Shown here piece by piece: positions 19,689 to 31,700 of a stretch of DNA of 62,931 nucleotides. The stretch lies in NCBI GenBank assembly GCA_051439425.1, contig JBFRWD010000064.1, positions 1 through 62,931 of the forward strand, written 5' to 3'. The notes under the pieces are model-generated. The model ran no database searches. It worked only from the letters and a program-made list of their open reading frames with translations, and had not been told where the DNA came from. The stretch's first letter is position 1. The number at the start of each line of letters is the position of its first letter. The position numbers and the translations under genes are program-made. This DNA is from Synechococcus sp. GTDB lineage: Bacteria; Cyanobacteriota; Cyanobacteriia; Thermostichales; PCC-7336.

Positions 19689-20507
19689 ATGGGTTTGGCA
19701 AAGACGGTAGCGATCGCGGCTGGTCTGGCTGTTGGGATTGGAGCTGCTGGCATTGGACTGTTGGTCCCTGCGGCGATCGCACAAGTCCCCGATTTGGGTG
19801 GAGCGGACATTACCGTGGGGTCCGACACTGCATACCCTCCGTTTGAATTTGTGGATGAGTCGGGGGAAATTGTCGGTTTTGATGTTGACCTACTGGATGC
19901 CATTTGCGAGCGAGCTAACTGTACCTCGACGTTTGTGACGGCTGGATTTGATGGCATTTTCGCTGCGTTGGCGGCGGGAGAGTACGATGCGGTTGCTTCG
20001 GCGGTCACTATTACCGAGGAACGTTCTGATGTTGTTGATTTTACTCGTCCTTACTTGAATGCAGGCCAGATTGTCACGGTGCCTGTGGATAGCGAGGTTA
20101 CCGGCCCAGACGACTTAGATGGTCTCAGCATTGGTGTGCAGTTGGGCACGACTGGAGATCTGGAGGCCAGCAACTATACCTCCGAGGGCAGCATTCAACG
20201 CTATCAAACCATTGACTTGGCGATGGCTGCGTTGGCGCAAGGAGATATTGATGCGGTGATGGCAGATGCTCCCACCTCGGCTGACATTGTTGCCAAAGAA
20301 TTTGAGGGGGAATTGGTGCTGGTGGGAAGCCCGTTTACCACCGAGTACTACGGCATTGCGATCCAACAAGACACTCCCGAGATTGCCGAGGCCTTTAATG
20401 CGGCGATCGCTGAGTTGGCGGCAGACGGCACCTTGGCTGAGATTGCCGAAATGTGGGGAATTCCTGCTAGTGCAGTCACGGATTTACCCGAGAGTGGCTT
20501 GGAATAA
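19689..20507 (+). CDS. Polar/basic amino acid ABC transporter substrate-binding protein
   Basis: Signal peptide, DTAYPPFEF, GFDVDL, TITEER, VQLGTTG. Confidence 0.92.
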   Translation: MGLAKTVAIAAGLAVGIGAAGIGLLVPAAIAQVPDLGGADITVGSDTAYPPFEFVDESGEIVGFDVDLLDAICERANCTSTFVTAGFDGIFAALAAGEYDAVASAVTITEERSDVVDFTRPYLNAGQIVTVPVDSEVTGPDDLDGLSIGVQLGTTGDLEASNYTSEGSIQRYQTIDLAMAALAQGDIDAVMADAPTSADIVAKEFEGELVLVGSPFTTEYYGIAIQQDTPEIAEAFNAAIAELAADGTLAEIAEMWGIPASAVTDLPESGLE

Positions 20508-20577
20508 CCCCGTTTGGCTCGGATGGGGCATAGGATAGGTGCATTTATTCGCTTGAGTCCTCAATCAACACGAGCCC

Positions 20578-21429
20578 ATGCAGCATCCACAGATTGCCAG
20601 AAATCCGCTGATCTCGTTCTTCAATCGTGTTCCCTTGTGGCTAGTTCTGTTGGTAGGGCTAGCCATTGTTGCTTGCATCCAGGTATTGGGGTCTCCCGAT
20701 TCCCGCGACATTTTGACTGTCCTCTCCCGAGGGTTGGTTCTGACCCTGAAGATTTCGGTCACGAGCTATGCATTAGCTCTCGTCATTGGGTTTATCGCCG
20801 GCTTGGGGCGAGTATCAAGTAATCCAGTGATTCAGGCGATCGCGACTCTCTACGTGGAGGTGATGCGCGGAATCCCGATTTTGGTGGTGTTGCTGTATGT
20901 GGCATTTGTGATTGCCCCCGGTCTGAGCAAGGCGATTGAGTCGTTGGTACCGGTAGCGGACGATCCGCAGGGCTTAGATGCGATGATTGCGGGTTTTGTG
21001 GAGGGACTCAAAGGGGTTCTGCGGTCCAATTTTTGGCGAGCCACGATCGCGCTAGCCATCAGCTATGGAGCCTATCTGGCGGAGGTCTATCGCTCGGGAA
21101 TTGAGGCGATCGCCTCCGGTCAGCGAGAAGCCGCGCGGGCATTAGGGCTGAATCAGTTACAAACCACGACGCTGATTGTGATGCCGCAGGCCTTTCGGAT
21201 TATTTTGCCGCCGTTGGGCAATGATTTTATTGCGCTGATCAAAGATTCTTCGTTGGCTAGTGTGATTGGCTTGGCGGAATTGACTCAACAGACCCGCTTT
21301 TACGTGTCGCGATCGTTTGACACCTTTGGCGGGTGGACGATCGCGGCCTTGCTTTATCTCAGCATTACCTTGGTGCTGTCGTTGCTTGTTCGGTTGTTAG
21401 AGCGCTATTCGAAAGTGAAAGAGCGCTAG
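20578..21429 (+). CDS. Amino acid ABC transporter permease (HisM/GlnP type)
   Basis: YVEVMRGIP, AYLAEVYRSGI, GQREAARALG, PQAFR, IKDSSL. Confidence 0.93.
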   Translation: MQHPQIARNPLISFFNRVPLWLVLLVGLAIVACIQVLGSPDSRDILTVLSRGLVLTLKISVTSYALALVIGFIAGLGRVSSNPVIQAIATLYVEVMRGIPILVVLLYVAFVIAPGLSKAIESLVPVADDPQGLDAMIAGFVEGLKGVLRSNFWRATIALAISYGAYLAEVYRSGIEAIASGQREAARALGLNQLQTTTLIVMPQAFRIILPPLGNDFIALIKDSSLASVIGLAELTQQTRFYVSRSFDTFGGWTIAALLYLSITLVLSLLVRLLERYSKVKER

Positions 21430-21552
21430 TTTATCCCTCTCTCACTGTTGCTTCTAAACGCTTGACTTCATCGGACGAACGTCGTTCTGGCACCATAATG
21501 CTAATTAGATCATGTGTTTAAAGTCGGAACTGCAATCTCCACAATGCTTGTC

Positions 21553-21927
21553 ATGGAAACACTTCAGTCCACCGATACGTTGGGGCTTCTGGCCGGAGCT
21601 TTAACGACGATTGCCCTTCTGCCGCAACTGATTAAAACTTGGCAGTCTCAATCGGCGGAGGACGTGTCGATTGGTATGTTCTTGCTATTCAGTGCAGGTG
21701 TAGTGCTGTGGGGGGTGTATGGCTGGGAGATACATGCGCTGCCGGTGATTTTGACCAACGTCGTCACTTTTGTTTTGGCGGCAGCAATTTTGGTTCTCAA
21801 GATTGTATTTGACCGGCGATCGCGAATTGAGGCGAGCAAGAAAGCCTTAGATGCTACCTCGCTTGAGGTTGGTGCTCTTGAAGATTCTGAGATGGTCGAG
21901 CCAGTGCCTGCGGGGATGCAGGAGTAG
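21553..21927 (+). CDS. SemiSWEET (PQ-loop) transporter
   Basis: GLLAGALTTIALLPQLIKTW.S.SAEDVS, W..YG, PVILTN. Confidence 0.9.
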   Translation: METLQSTDTLGLLAGALTTIALLPQLIKTWQSQSAEDVSIGMFLLFSAGVVLWGVYGWEIHALPVILTNVVTFVLAAAILVLKIVFDRRSRIEASKKALDATSLEVGALEDSEMVEPVPAGMQE

Positions 21928-21959
21928 CGGCTGTTTCCAACCAATCAATCCGATCGATT

Positions 21960-21995
21960 AAGAGGTCGCTGAGTTTCCTGCCAGCGACCTCTTTT
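21960..21995. terminator. Terminator between the convergent SemiSWEET and leuS genes
   Basis: Stem AAGAGGTCGCTG/CAGCGACCTCTT followed by TT. Confidence 0.8.
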
Positions 21996-22018
21996 GAGTA
22001 TTTACAGCAAGCTGCTGC

Positions 22019-24592
22019 TTACTTAATTACGAAGTTGACCAGCTTCTTGGGCACCACGATCGCCTTTCGCAGCGTCCCTTCCGCCAGATATTTCTGAGCT
22101 GCGTCGGTAGCCTTTGCTAACTCCTCTTGTTGTTCTCTTGACACATCGGAGGGAGCTTCGAATTCGCCGCGCCGCTTTCCGTTCACTTGAATCACAATTG
22201 TGACGCTATCTGCCACCAATGCGTTGGCATCGGCGGTAGGCCAGGTGCTGCTGTGAACGGATTCGGTATGTCCAAGCTCGGCCCACAATTCTTCGGCAAT
22301 GTGGGGAGCAAAGGGGGCGAGCAACTGTACGAGGGTTTGCAGACCTTCGGCGTAGACCGGAGAATCCAGTAGCTTGGCGTCATTGAGAGCGTTGTTGAGT
22401 TTCATCAGCTCGGCGATCGCCGTATTGAACTGATAGCCCTCCTCAATGTCTTCGGTGACTTCCTTAATCGCCACATGAGTAGCCCGGCGCAAGTCCTTCT
22501 CGGCTTTGCTTAGCTCTCCAGATTCATACACTTCCGGGCGAGAGTCTTGGCTGACAAACCCTTCAACCATTCGCCAGACGCGATTGAGGAAGCGGAATTG
22601 GCCTTCCACATCCGCATCATCCCACTCCAAATCCTTCTCGGGAGGAGCTTTAAACAGGATGAACATGCGAGCAGTATCGGCACCGTAATGCTGCAGTACG
22701 CTCTGAGGATCGACGCCGTTATACTTCGACTTCGACATCTTTTCGTAGAACACTTCCAGCTTGTTACCAGTCGTTGGGCTGACGGGGTTTTCCAGCACCT
22801 CAATTTTGTCAGCGGGAATGTATTCGTTGGTCTTGGGATCTTTGTAGGTGAGGGATTGCACCATGCCTTGGGTCAGCAACCGCTTGAAGGGTTCGTCGAA
22901 ATTGAGCAGGCCGCGATCGCGCACCACCTTGGTGAAGAAGCGGGAATAGAGCAAGTGCAGAATCGCATGTTCGATACCGCCCACGTATTGATCCACTGGC
23001 AGCCAGTCATTCACCTTCTCCGGCTCGAACACCTTGCTGTCGTTGGTAGCGTCGGAATAGCGCAGGAAGTACCACGACGAGTCGATGAAGGTGTCCATGG
23101 TGTCGGTTTCCCGTCGAGCGGCAGTACCGCAGCTTGGGCAGTCCACCTGTACCCAACTGTCGAGCTGAGCCAGAGGCGATGCCCCCCGTCCGGTGAATTC
23201 GACATCTGCAGGTAGCTCCACCGGCAACTGGTCATCGGGGACAGGGACGATACCGCAGTTGGGGCAATGGATGACAGGGATGGGGCAACCCCAGTAGCGC
23301 TGGCGGGAAATCAGCCAGTCTCGTAGGCGATAGTTCACCTGAGCCGTACCGATGTGGTTCTCTTCCAGATGCTCGATGACTCGTTTCTTGGCATCCGGCA
23401 CGGTCAAGCCGTCCAGCGGCCCGGAATTGCGCAGTACCCCTGCGGAGTTGTCGGCATATGCCTCGGTTAGCTTTTCTGCTGTTTTTGGGTCGGCATCGGG
23501 TGGGAACACCACCGGAATGATGTCGAGGCCAAATGCAGTGGCGAAATCAAAGTCGCGCTGGTCGTGGGCTGGAACCGCCATGATGGCACCAGTGCCGTAC
23601 CCCATCAAGACGTAGTCGGCAATCCAGATGGGAATTTTGCGATCGTTGACGGGGTTGATGGCGTAGCTGCCGGAGAACACGCCAGTTTTCTCGCGGCTGT
23701 CGTCGGTGCGATCGATCTCGCTTTTGGCCGCTGCCGCTGTTTTGTACGCCTCGACTTTGCCCTGAGTCTTGTCCGTAATTAGATCTGACACCAGTGGATG
23801 TTCGGGCGACAGAACCATAAAGGTGGCCCCCCATAGCGTGTCGGGGCGGGTGGTGAAGACGGGAATCTCGGCCCCAGCTTCGGTATGGAACACCACCCGA
23901 GCGCCAGTAGATTTGCCAATCCAGTTGGCCTGCATGGCGCGCACTTTATCCGGCCAGCCAGGAAGCTTGTCTAAATCTTGCAGGAGCTGCTCGGCATAGT
24001 CGGTGATTTTCAGGAACCACTGACGCAGCATACGCTTTTCAACGACTGCCCCCGATCGCCAAGATTTGCCTTCTGCATCCACCTGTTCGTTGGCCAGCAC
24101 GGTTTGGTCGATCGGGTCCCAGTTGACCGCCGATTCTTTCTGGTAGGCCAGTCCCGCATCAAGACATTGCAAGAACAGCCATTGGGTCCAGCGGTAATAG
24201 TCGGGACTGCAGGTGGTGACTTCGCGATCCCAGTCGTAGGACAGCCCGAGCTGTTGGAGCTGAGTGCGCATCTGGGCGATATTTTGTTTCGTCCATACTG
24301 CAGGGGAAATTCCGCGATCAATCGCCGCATTCTCGGCAGGCAATCCAAACGCATCCCACCCCATTGGATGCAGCACCCGGAAGCCGTTCATGCGTTTAAA
24401 GCGGGCAATGACATCGGTAATGCTGTAATTGCGTACGTGCCCCATGTGCAGGTTACCGGAGGGATACGGAAACATCGAGAGCGCGTAAAACTTGGGGCGA
24501 TCGCTCTCGTCGCTGGTGCGATCGGCTCCCGCTTCCAGCCAAGTGTTTTGCCACTTCGGCTCAATCGCTTGGGGATGGTAGCGCTCTTCCAC
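22019..24592 (-). CDS. leuS: Leucyl-tRNA synthetase
   Basis: [13 protein letters not shown] (HIGH), KMSKS, editing domain [22 protein letters not shown] start. Confidence 0.98.
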   Translation of the reverse strand: MEERYHPQAIEPKWQNTWLEAGADRTSDESDRPKFYALSMFPYPSGNLHMGHVRNYSITDVIARFKRMNGFRVLHPMGWDAFGLPAENAAIDRGISPAVWTKQNIAQMRTQLQQLGLSYDWDREVTTCSPDYYRWTQWLFLQCLDAGLAYQKESAVNWDPIDQTVLANEQVDAEGKSWRSGAVVEKRMLRQWFLKITDYAEQLLQDLDKLPGWPDKVRAMQANWIGKSTGARVVFHTEAGAEIPVFTTRPDTLWGATFMVLSPEHPLVSDLITDKTQGKVEAYKTAAAAKSEIDRTDDSREKTGVFSGSYAINPVNDRKIPIWIADYVLMGYGTGAIMAVPAHDQRDFDFATAFGLDIIPVVFPPDADPKTAEKLTEAYADNSAGVLRNSGPLDGLTVPDAKKRVIEHLEENHIGTAQVNYRLRDWLISRQRYWGCPIPVIHCPNCGIVPVPDDQLPVELPADVEFTGRGASPLAQLDSWVQVDCPSCGTAARRETDTMDTFIDSSWYFLRYSDATNDSKVFEPEKVNDWLPVDQYVGGIEHAILHLLYSRFFTKVVRDRGLLNFDEPFKRLLTQGMVQSLTYKDPKTNEYIPADKIEVLENPVSPTTGNKLEVFYEKMSKSKYNGVDPQSVLQHYGADTARMFILFKAPPEKDLEWDDADVEGQFRFLNRVWRMVEGFVSQDSRPEVYESGELSKAEKDLRRATHVAIKEVTEDIEEGYQFNTAIAELMKLNNALNDAKLLDSPVYAEGLQTLVQLLAPFAPHIAEELWAELGHTESVHSSTWPTADANALVADSVTIVIQVNGKRRGEFEAPSDVSREQQEELAKATDAAQKYLAEGTLRKAIVVPKKLVNFVIK

Positions 24593-25043
24593 GGGTCTAG
24601 ACTCCTAACCGTTCCGCATCGAATTCTTTCACATTTTAGTGGTCGGTCATCGCTGGGGATAGCCGCGATCGACGGAAATACTCATGGAATAGTCGCAGGT
24701 CAGTCATAGTAACTTCGTTACTTTCGAACATTGCACGGACAGCAGCCTCTCTGTTTTGGATGTGATTGGGCTGGCTAAAGTTGCTGGCGATCGCTCGCAC
24801 ATCTGCAAAATTTAGTCTTGCTACCGACGCATTGGATTTCTTTAGCTAACTAACTGTCCAACTATTACTCACAGGAGTGGGATAGTTTGCTCTATCAAGG
24901 TTTCTCGATACATGACGGCTGGCTCGGTATTTGAAGAAGAAACCGTGGACAGGAGTTGGACCATTCGTTATGAATGCCTACCAAAAACTGGAAGCAACTA
25001 GCTCGGCAAGTGCTGAGCAGTTAACGGAGAAGGGCTATCATTC

Positions 25044-25157
25044 TCAATTTTCAAGCTCCTCTGCCAGTTCTTCAGCCCCCGACTCCATCACTCTAGCCCT
25101 GAAGGCATTCTCCTCGAACAATCGCCTTTGCTCTTTCAGCCGAATGAGCATTTCCAT
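25044..25157 (-). CDS. Candidate 35-37 aa small charged helical protein
   Basis: (ME)MLIRLKEQRRLFEENAFRARVMESGAEELAEELEN*; AGGAG 8 nt before the second ATG; not in the ORF track. Confidence 0.45.
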   Translation of the reverse strand: MEMLIRLKEQRRLFEENAFRARVMESGAEELAEELEN

Positions 25158-25514
25158 CACTCCTAGGTTGTCCTGTATTTAGTGCGGCCTTCTAAATGTG
25201 CTTGAGATTGTCGTTGACATCTGAGCCGCGCTCTCTTTTGGTGATGTCTCAAAATTGAGTGTTGAAGCTGCATTAGCCGGAAGCTCTTGCCTGCTTCTAC
25301 TGCCCCGTCTTCGGAATTTTGAACTTAAGTTAAAGTTGTAGCCATTTGGTTTGATACGTACAGCGGTTGGGGGAGCGATATGGCAAGCTCGCTATATCAG
25401 AACGGTTGAATATTTCTGAGTGTATCCACCGGTACTGGATTGCTCCATTTCCCTTTGACTAGTGGATTGCTCCTCTTCCGTCTCTGCATCAGTGCTGTTT
25501 GGAAGGGGTGTTCC

Positions 25515-26690
25515 ATGAAACAGATGATTGAGCGGTATTTTCGTGTACTGTCTGTTGCATTCCAGGGACTGTATCGCTGGGTATTTCGCACCCCAGACAG
25601 AGCCGTTGACAAAGCCTATTGCGCCGCCCGCGAGATCGACGTCATTGTGGAGCGTTACGTTCTTAGAGATCGCCCCAGTTCGCAAGCAGCCGGTCGCCGT
25701 ACGGTCAATTTCTACATCCAACAACAACTACAGCGGCGGCTCAAGAGCATCAATCTACGCTTGCTGGAGTTTCGCGCTAGCGCTGCGGTGTTACCCATTG
25801 AAGAAGGCCGATTCTTAAACAGACATACTGTTGTGAAAGCTCCCCAAGGAGCTTTTTGTACGCCTACAAATCTGCACAAGCTAACTGCGATCGACGAGAT
25901 CAGAACGAAATATAGCCGGCTTGCATCCTGGACGACCAGCGAAGAATCTACTGTCGATACTTCTGTGGCCCATTCCCAGCTTCAGTCGAGTTCTCCAGCT
26001 TCCCCATCTATTGCTACCGAAGTTGCAGTCACCAGTTCTCCCGATCTTTCCGTCAAAGTTGCCCAGGTACAACACATGCACGAAGTGACCTTGTTGTTGA
26101 GGCAACTAGTCGAAAATGAAACGGAACTGGCGAAAGAAGTCATCGGGCACCTTTACGATGTGGCGACAGTCAATTTGATAGATCGCAACGTCAATGTTGG
26201 TTTTTTGAATAAGTCGGCAAAGGCAGTTGCTCGTTTTGCAAAGCCTGTCGCAAAACCGCTCGGTTATGTTTGGTTGCAGCGTAACTGCCCGGAATTAATT
26301 GCAAACTGGCTGAACGATTTGGTTTCGTTCGAACCACAAGTCTCTGAAGACCCCGAACCGGTTGTGGAACAATCCAAGCTGGTACAAAGGGAGGTCAACG
26401 AGATCGAGCAAGATTCTTGTACTACTGACGCAAGTGCTGCCATCGGGTCCGCCACGGTAGAGATGCCTAGAACAGAATCACAACGTTTAAATCAAGAGCC
26501 TCGCAAGCAGTGGTTGACGGGAGCGGCGGCCGGAGCGACAGCCGCTATTGCCGGAGCAGTGCTGTGGCTTGGAGGTATTTCATTACCTCCTGCATCCGAA
26601 CAAGTCGTCGACACGACTTTCGAAACGATTGAGGAACCTGTCGAGAAGAAAGTTGCCTCAGAGGGATCGCTACCCTCTCAAGCTATCTAG
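25515..26690 (+). CDS. Hypothetical protein: PxcA/CemA N-terminal-like domain, a conserved cyanobacterial domain and one C-terminal TM
   Basis: RWVFRTPDRAVDKAY.AA..I, RLLEFRAS, KL..IDEI..KY; then LYDVATVNLI...NCPELIANWL; TM AAAGATAAIAGAVLWLGGI. Confidence 0.7.
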   Translation: MKQMIERYFRVLSVAFQGLYRWVFRTPDRAVDKAYCAAREIDVIVERYVLRDRPSSQAAGRRTVNFYIQQQLQRRLKSINLRLLEFRASAAVLPIEEGRFLNRHTVVKAPQGAFCTPTNLHKLTAIDEIRTKYSRLASWTTSEESTVDTSVAHSQLQSSSPASPSIATEVAVTSSPDLSVKVAQVQHMHEVTLLLRQLVENETELAKEVIGHLYDVATVNLIDRNVNVGFLNKSAKAVARFAKPVAKPLGYVWLQRNCPELIANWLNDLVSFEPQVSEDPEPVVEQSKLVQREVNEIEQDSCTTDASAAIGSATVEMPRTESQRLNQEPRKQWLTGAAAGATAAIAGAVLWLGGISLPPASEQVVDTTFETIEEPVEKKVASEGSLPSQAI

Positions 26691-26898
26691 TGCCCGCTAG
26701 ATCGCGAGGGACGTTTGGTCAAAATTGGATGTCTATTTTATAGCGATTATTAGCAAAGATTAGGTTGGTATTTAGGTAGATAAAATCGTTGCTCGACTGA
26801 CATTGTCAGTGCTACTTCTAGGAACGGAGTCGATCGCGAAATCGATCTCTAAGGTGGCCCAAGTGTATTGGGAGCAGTGATGGATTGCCTTTGATATT

Positions 26899-27825
26899 CT
26901 ATAGTTCTAAGACTTCGTGACTGCGGCTGCCAAACAGGTGAATGTACACATAGGAGAACTCGCACCCGAGGAAAAAAATCTGGCAGGTAAAATACAGCCA
27001 CAACATCAGAATCATCACTCCACCAATGGCACCGTACGACTGATATTGTCCTCCGATACTAATGATATTGCGGGCAACCAAATTTTGTAATCCAGTGAAT
27101 AGAGATGTTGTCAGCAGTGCGCCTGGCCATAATTCCCGGATTTTAACGTGAGTAGAAGGTAGATAGTAAAATAGTAAAATTACTGCCAAAAATACCAAAA
27201 TAAATGAAGAAATACTTTGAAGCACATCTGCGAGCAGAAGAGCATTGATATTGATGAACGAAATGCTGTCCTCCATTATGAGAATAATTTGTACGGCAAA
27301 CTTTACCGCAATTTCAAGGACTAGCGAAAGTAGCAATAAAGCGGCCGTACTAATAACGACCCCGAACGCAACGACCCGATTTTTTACAAATGCACCCATC
27401 GCTGATAAGAGACTACTAGCGTGATGTTGTTCCTCTGTAACTTTCCAAATTAAATCTACGGATCTATCGAGTACGCCGAAGACGGTACTGGCTGAAATAA
27501 ACATCAGAAAGAAACCTACGATCCCTGCTTGGATACTTTGTTGGTTTAGCCGTAGTAAAGTTGTTTGGAGCGTCGTAAAGGCTTCGGGGGGAAGTGAGCT
27601 ATTGGCAGCTGACAGAATACGCTGCAATACATTTGTATCTGGCCCTAGAAGAAAACCGAGCACACTGGTCAAAATCAAGAAGATGGGAAATATCGAAAAC
27701 AGCGCATAGTAAGATAAAGCGGCTCCCATTTCCAAACATCGATCCTTTTGCCACTTCGCAAATGATTTGATAATCAACTGAGTGGCTCTTGCAGGCAATA
27801 CCTTTGTTTTAAAAAAGGTCATCAT
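26899..27825 (-). CDS. YihY / virulence factor BrkB family membrane protein
   Basis: GAALSYYALFSIFP, YGAIGGVMILMLWLY...FFLGCEF; AT-rich. Confidence 0.93.
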   Translation of the reverse strand: MMTFFKTKVLPARATQLIIKSFAKWQKDRCLEMGAALSYYALFSIFPIFLILTSVLGFLLGPDTNVLQRILSAANSSLPPEAFTTLQTTLLRLNQQSIQAGIVGFFLMFISASTVFGVLDRSVDLIWKVTEEQHHASSLLSAMGAFVKNRVVAFGVVISTAALLLLSLVLEIAVKFAVQIILIMEDSISFININALLLADVLQSISSFILVFLAVILLFYYLPSTHVKIRELWPGALLTTSLFTGLQNLVARNIISIGGQYQSYGAIGGVMILMLWLYFTCQIFFLGCEFSYVYIHLFGSRSHEVLEL

Positions 27826-28586
27826 GGCAATCGTGTTTGGTGGTACTTAGGGGAATAAACCGGCATTTGCTTAGCTTACCTTTTGGTGGTGTTGCCAAAA
27901 CTGAAATGCTGTAGCTACTAGTGGTGTTGTTAGGGCTATGTAACGTTAAGTCCTTATCCACCCATTAAAGGATATAATTCATAAGTGTTGTACGTTGTTA
28001 TATTCTATATGAAAATCTCCTGAGGGTCTGGAGTGTGAAGACAGCTCAAAGTCTTTATAGATAAAGAAAATATCGCCAGTTTTCATGGCTGACAAAGACC
28101 ATTTCTTTCTTCCCAGATCTATCAGGCATAGCTCGACTGATGTTCGCGATTCAGCATAGAGATTCTTGTAGAACGCGGTCAGCGCGATCGGACAGAATTG
28201 CTGCCCACATTGGGCTCGTAAGCGTTTAAATGGGGCTATCTCTAAAAATCTGTATCTACTCGCTCTCACTGAGAGTCTGAACTGGTTTGCTCACTGCTGA
28301 CACTGTTATACACATGCATGAAACATGCCAGCAGTGAGGCTGAATGCTGAGCTTAGAACGTGCCTGAGGAGTCCTTCGTTTTTGTGTACAATCCCAGTCT
28401 ATGGGGCGGATTGAGGTGAAGTTTGTCGTCTCGATACGTTTCAATCAGGCTCTAAATAAGACAACGCAAACACGACTACTGCCATATTTTCTATCTGCGT
28501 TGTTCAATCGGGGAAATCAATCCAAAATTTAATCCCACTGTATTTCGCTAAAGCTTATAACCTTTGCATTTACGGTGTCTCAGCAA

Positions 28587-28670
28587 TGGGGGTGGAGGGA
28601 CTTGAACCCTCACTTCTTTAACAGAAAACGGATTTTAAGTCCGCAGCGTCTACCATTCCGCCACACCCCC
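28587..28670 (-). tRNA. trnL: tRNA-Leu(UAA), intronless
   Basis: Acceptor stem GGGGGTG/CACCCCC-A, D-loop GGAATGGTAGAC, anticodon arm GCGGA-CTTAAAA-TCCGT, long variable arm, GGTTCAAGTCC. Confidence 0.96.
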
Positions 28671-28780
28671 ATAGGGCGAGGTCGATTATAGCCCAGTTCA
28701 GCCCCTAAGGAATTGTCCTTCCTGCCCCCTTCAGGTTTTATGCTCCCAAAATCCTGCTTCCCAATGAAGAACGCGATTGC

Positions 28781-31700
28781 TTAAACCGTTGCTAGGGCTG
28801 ATGTCTGCTCAATGTCTCCCTCGGCCTCAAGCATGACCAATTCAATTGCCTCCAATATCTCTGGCGTGGCTTCAGCCCACAGCCCTCGTTGATGAGCTTC
28901 TAACAAGCGCTCTGACATGTCTCGCAATGCCCAGGGGTTGACGCTGCGGACGAATTCTTGCACGCGTTCGTCGAGGACATATCTATTGGCCACCCCTTCG
29001 TACATGAAGTCAGCCACGCAGTGGGTGGTAGCGTCGTAGGCAAAGAGATAGTCCAAAGTAGCAGCCATCTCGAAGGCCCCTTTGTAGCCGTGACGCATGG
29101 CCCCAGCAATCCACTTGGGATTGATGACGCGGGAACGGTAGACTCGGCGAATCTCCTGGTCGAGCGATCGCACCTTGGGAGCTGTGGGGCGAGAATTATC
29201 GCCAAAGTAGGTTTTAGGAGCTTTCTCTGCCAAGGTACGCACAGCCGCTGTCATCCCCCCCTGAAATTGGTAATAGTCATCTGAGTCCAGCAGGTCGTGC
29301 TCGCGGTTGTCTTGGTTGTGCAAGACGATTTGGAGCTGTTGCAGTCGCTGTTCGAAGGCTTCAGGAGCAGCGTGACCTTTGGCCGCTCCAGTGTAGGCGT
29401 AACCACTCCAGTTGAGATAGGCTCGCGCTAAATCCGCATCGCTGCTCCAGTTTTGGGCTTCAATCAGTCCCTGCAGTCCGGCACCGTAGGCACCAGGTTT
29501 GGAACCAAAGATGCGATAGCTGGCCCGCTGTTGAGCTTGGTCAGCGGCTAGCCCTTGCTCTTGCCAGTAGGCAGTGTCTTGCTTGATGCGGGCTCGAATA
29601 GGATTGTCTAAATTAGATTCGTCTTCCAGCTTGGCCACAGCTTGGACAGCAGAGTCAAATAAGGAAATGAGATTAGGGAAGGCGTCGCGAAAGAATCCAG
29701 AAATGCGCAAGGTCACATCCACGCGCGGACGACCCAGTACCGACACGGGCAGAATCTCGAAATCCACCACTCGTCGCGACAGTCCTTCCCACACAGGACG
29801 CACCCCAATTAGGGAGAGAGCCTGCGCCCAGTCATCCCCCCCCGTGCGCATAGTGGAGGTGCCCCACACCGACAGCCCCAGCGTGTTGGGGTAGTTCCCT
29901 TCCTCCTGCATGTATCGCTCTACTGCAGCATCGGCCGCCTTCTGTCCCACCATCCAGGCCGTTTCGGTGGGGATGGCGCGAATATCGACAGAGTAGAAAT
30001 TGCGGCCTGTGGGTAATACGTCCGAGCGACCCCGAGTGGGTGCTCCCGATGGACCGCTGGCAATGTAGCGTCCGTCGAGGCCATCCAAAATGGCTTGAAT
30101 TTCGAATGGGGTTTGTTGCAGCTTGGGCCACAGATTGGTTTCAATCCACTCCAGGCATTCTTTGGATATTGGCAGCGGAGCGGGGTCATAGGGATGTTCG
30201 CTAATGAGTTGAGATAGCCACTGATTGGAGAGCAGTTCCAAAGCCTCGATCGCATCTCCCACCACTCGGCAAGGACGTCCCAGAAGTTGGTGCAAGGGAG
30301 AGGGTAAACCCGAGTAGGGCTGAGCAAGATCGGTGGTGAGGGGGTCGCAATTAAGTGCCAAGTCTTGGGCGATCGCCTGCGTTAGCCCCACTTGTCCGGC
30401 TCCGGGAAATCTGGCCAGAGAAGCAAGCAGATCGATTCCCTGTTGACCTTTGGGGAACTGTCCGAGGATATGGAGACCATCTCGAATTTGAGCTTCTTTG
30501 AGTTCGCACAAATATCCATCCAGTTGGGTCAGGACAGTAGATACCGTGTTCTCCTCAGCTGTTGCTTCGATGTCGGGCAGGAGCTGCTCTTGCTCTAACA
30601 GCTTGAGGATTTGGGGTTGAATCAGGGGCAATCGGTTCGGGTCCAGGCTCTGAGCCTCGTAATATTCATCAATCAGCCGTTCTAGATCCAGCAAGGGGCC
30701 GTAAAGTTCTGCCCGCGTCAGTGGAGGCGTGAGGTGATCGATAATTGCCGCTTGAGCCCGTCGTTTGGCCTGCGCCCCTTCTCCCGGATCGTTGACGATG
30801 AAGGGATAAAGATGGGGGATGGGGCCGAAAGCGATTTCGGGAAAGCAGGTATTGGAGAGGGCGATGCCTTTTCCGGGCAGCCATTCTAAATTGCCGTGTT
30901 TGCCAATATGGGCGATCGCCTGGACACCGAAGGAGGACCGCAGCCAGAGGTAGAAGGCCAGATATCTGTGGGGCGGCACCAGGTCGGGGGAGTGGTAGTT
31001 GAGACTGGGGTCGAGGTCGTAGCCACGCGAAGGTTGGATTCCCACAAACACTGTGGCCAGTTGAATTCCGGCAATGGGAATGTCCTCAGTAGGCGGCTCG
31101 CCCCAACGTTCGGCGATCGCTTTTCGGGCTACGACGGGCAACTGCTGGAACCACTGGCGATAAGAGGCTGCAGGGAGCGTTTGTTCGATGGGGCGGAGCT
31201 TCAGCCCTTCCGGATCGTTTGTCACCGTACGAGTCAGCAAGCCCATCAATTCTGCCGAGGAGTTGGGGATATCGGGACAGTCGTATCCGGCTTGCTGCAT
31301 GGCTTGGAGAATACGAGCGCAGCTTGCCGGTGTATCCAGCCCCACTCCATTGGCCAGCTGTCCGTCGCGATTTGGATAGTTGGCCAACACCAGCGCCACT
31401 TTGCGATTGCTCACCTCTGTTTTTCTAAGTCGCGCCCAATTGACTGCCAGTTGAGCGATAAATTCGACGCGATCGCTCACTGGTTCGTAGCGCACCACTT
31501 CCGTTTGTAGACGAGCGTCACGTTGCTGCACGGATTTAAACGAAATAGCTCGCCCGATCAGTCGGCCATCCACCTCCGGTAAAGCCACGTTCATGGCAAT
31601 GTCGCGTGGGGAGAGTCCTTGGGGAGAGTCCCGCCATTGGTCTTCCGAGATGCCGCTGGCGATCGCTTGGATAACCGGCACATCGAGAGCTTGCCATACA

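Noticed and set aside
19689..21429. Amino acid ABC genes lacking an ATPase; also exbBD lacking tonB
   Set aside because: Split operons and shared ATPases are common in cyanobacteria
23978..24709. Long antisense ORFs over leuS, and similar ones over the mscS gene, cobN and uvrA
   Set aside because: Shadow ORFs opposite well-supported genes
24707..24722. NtcA-like palindromes here, at ~19617 and at ~42948
   Set aside because: GTA-TAC spacing is 7 or 9 nt rather than the required 8
24700..28586. Genomic island integrated at tRNA-Leu
   Set aside because: No duplicated tRNA 3' end and no adjacent integrase; only a compositional hint
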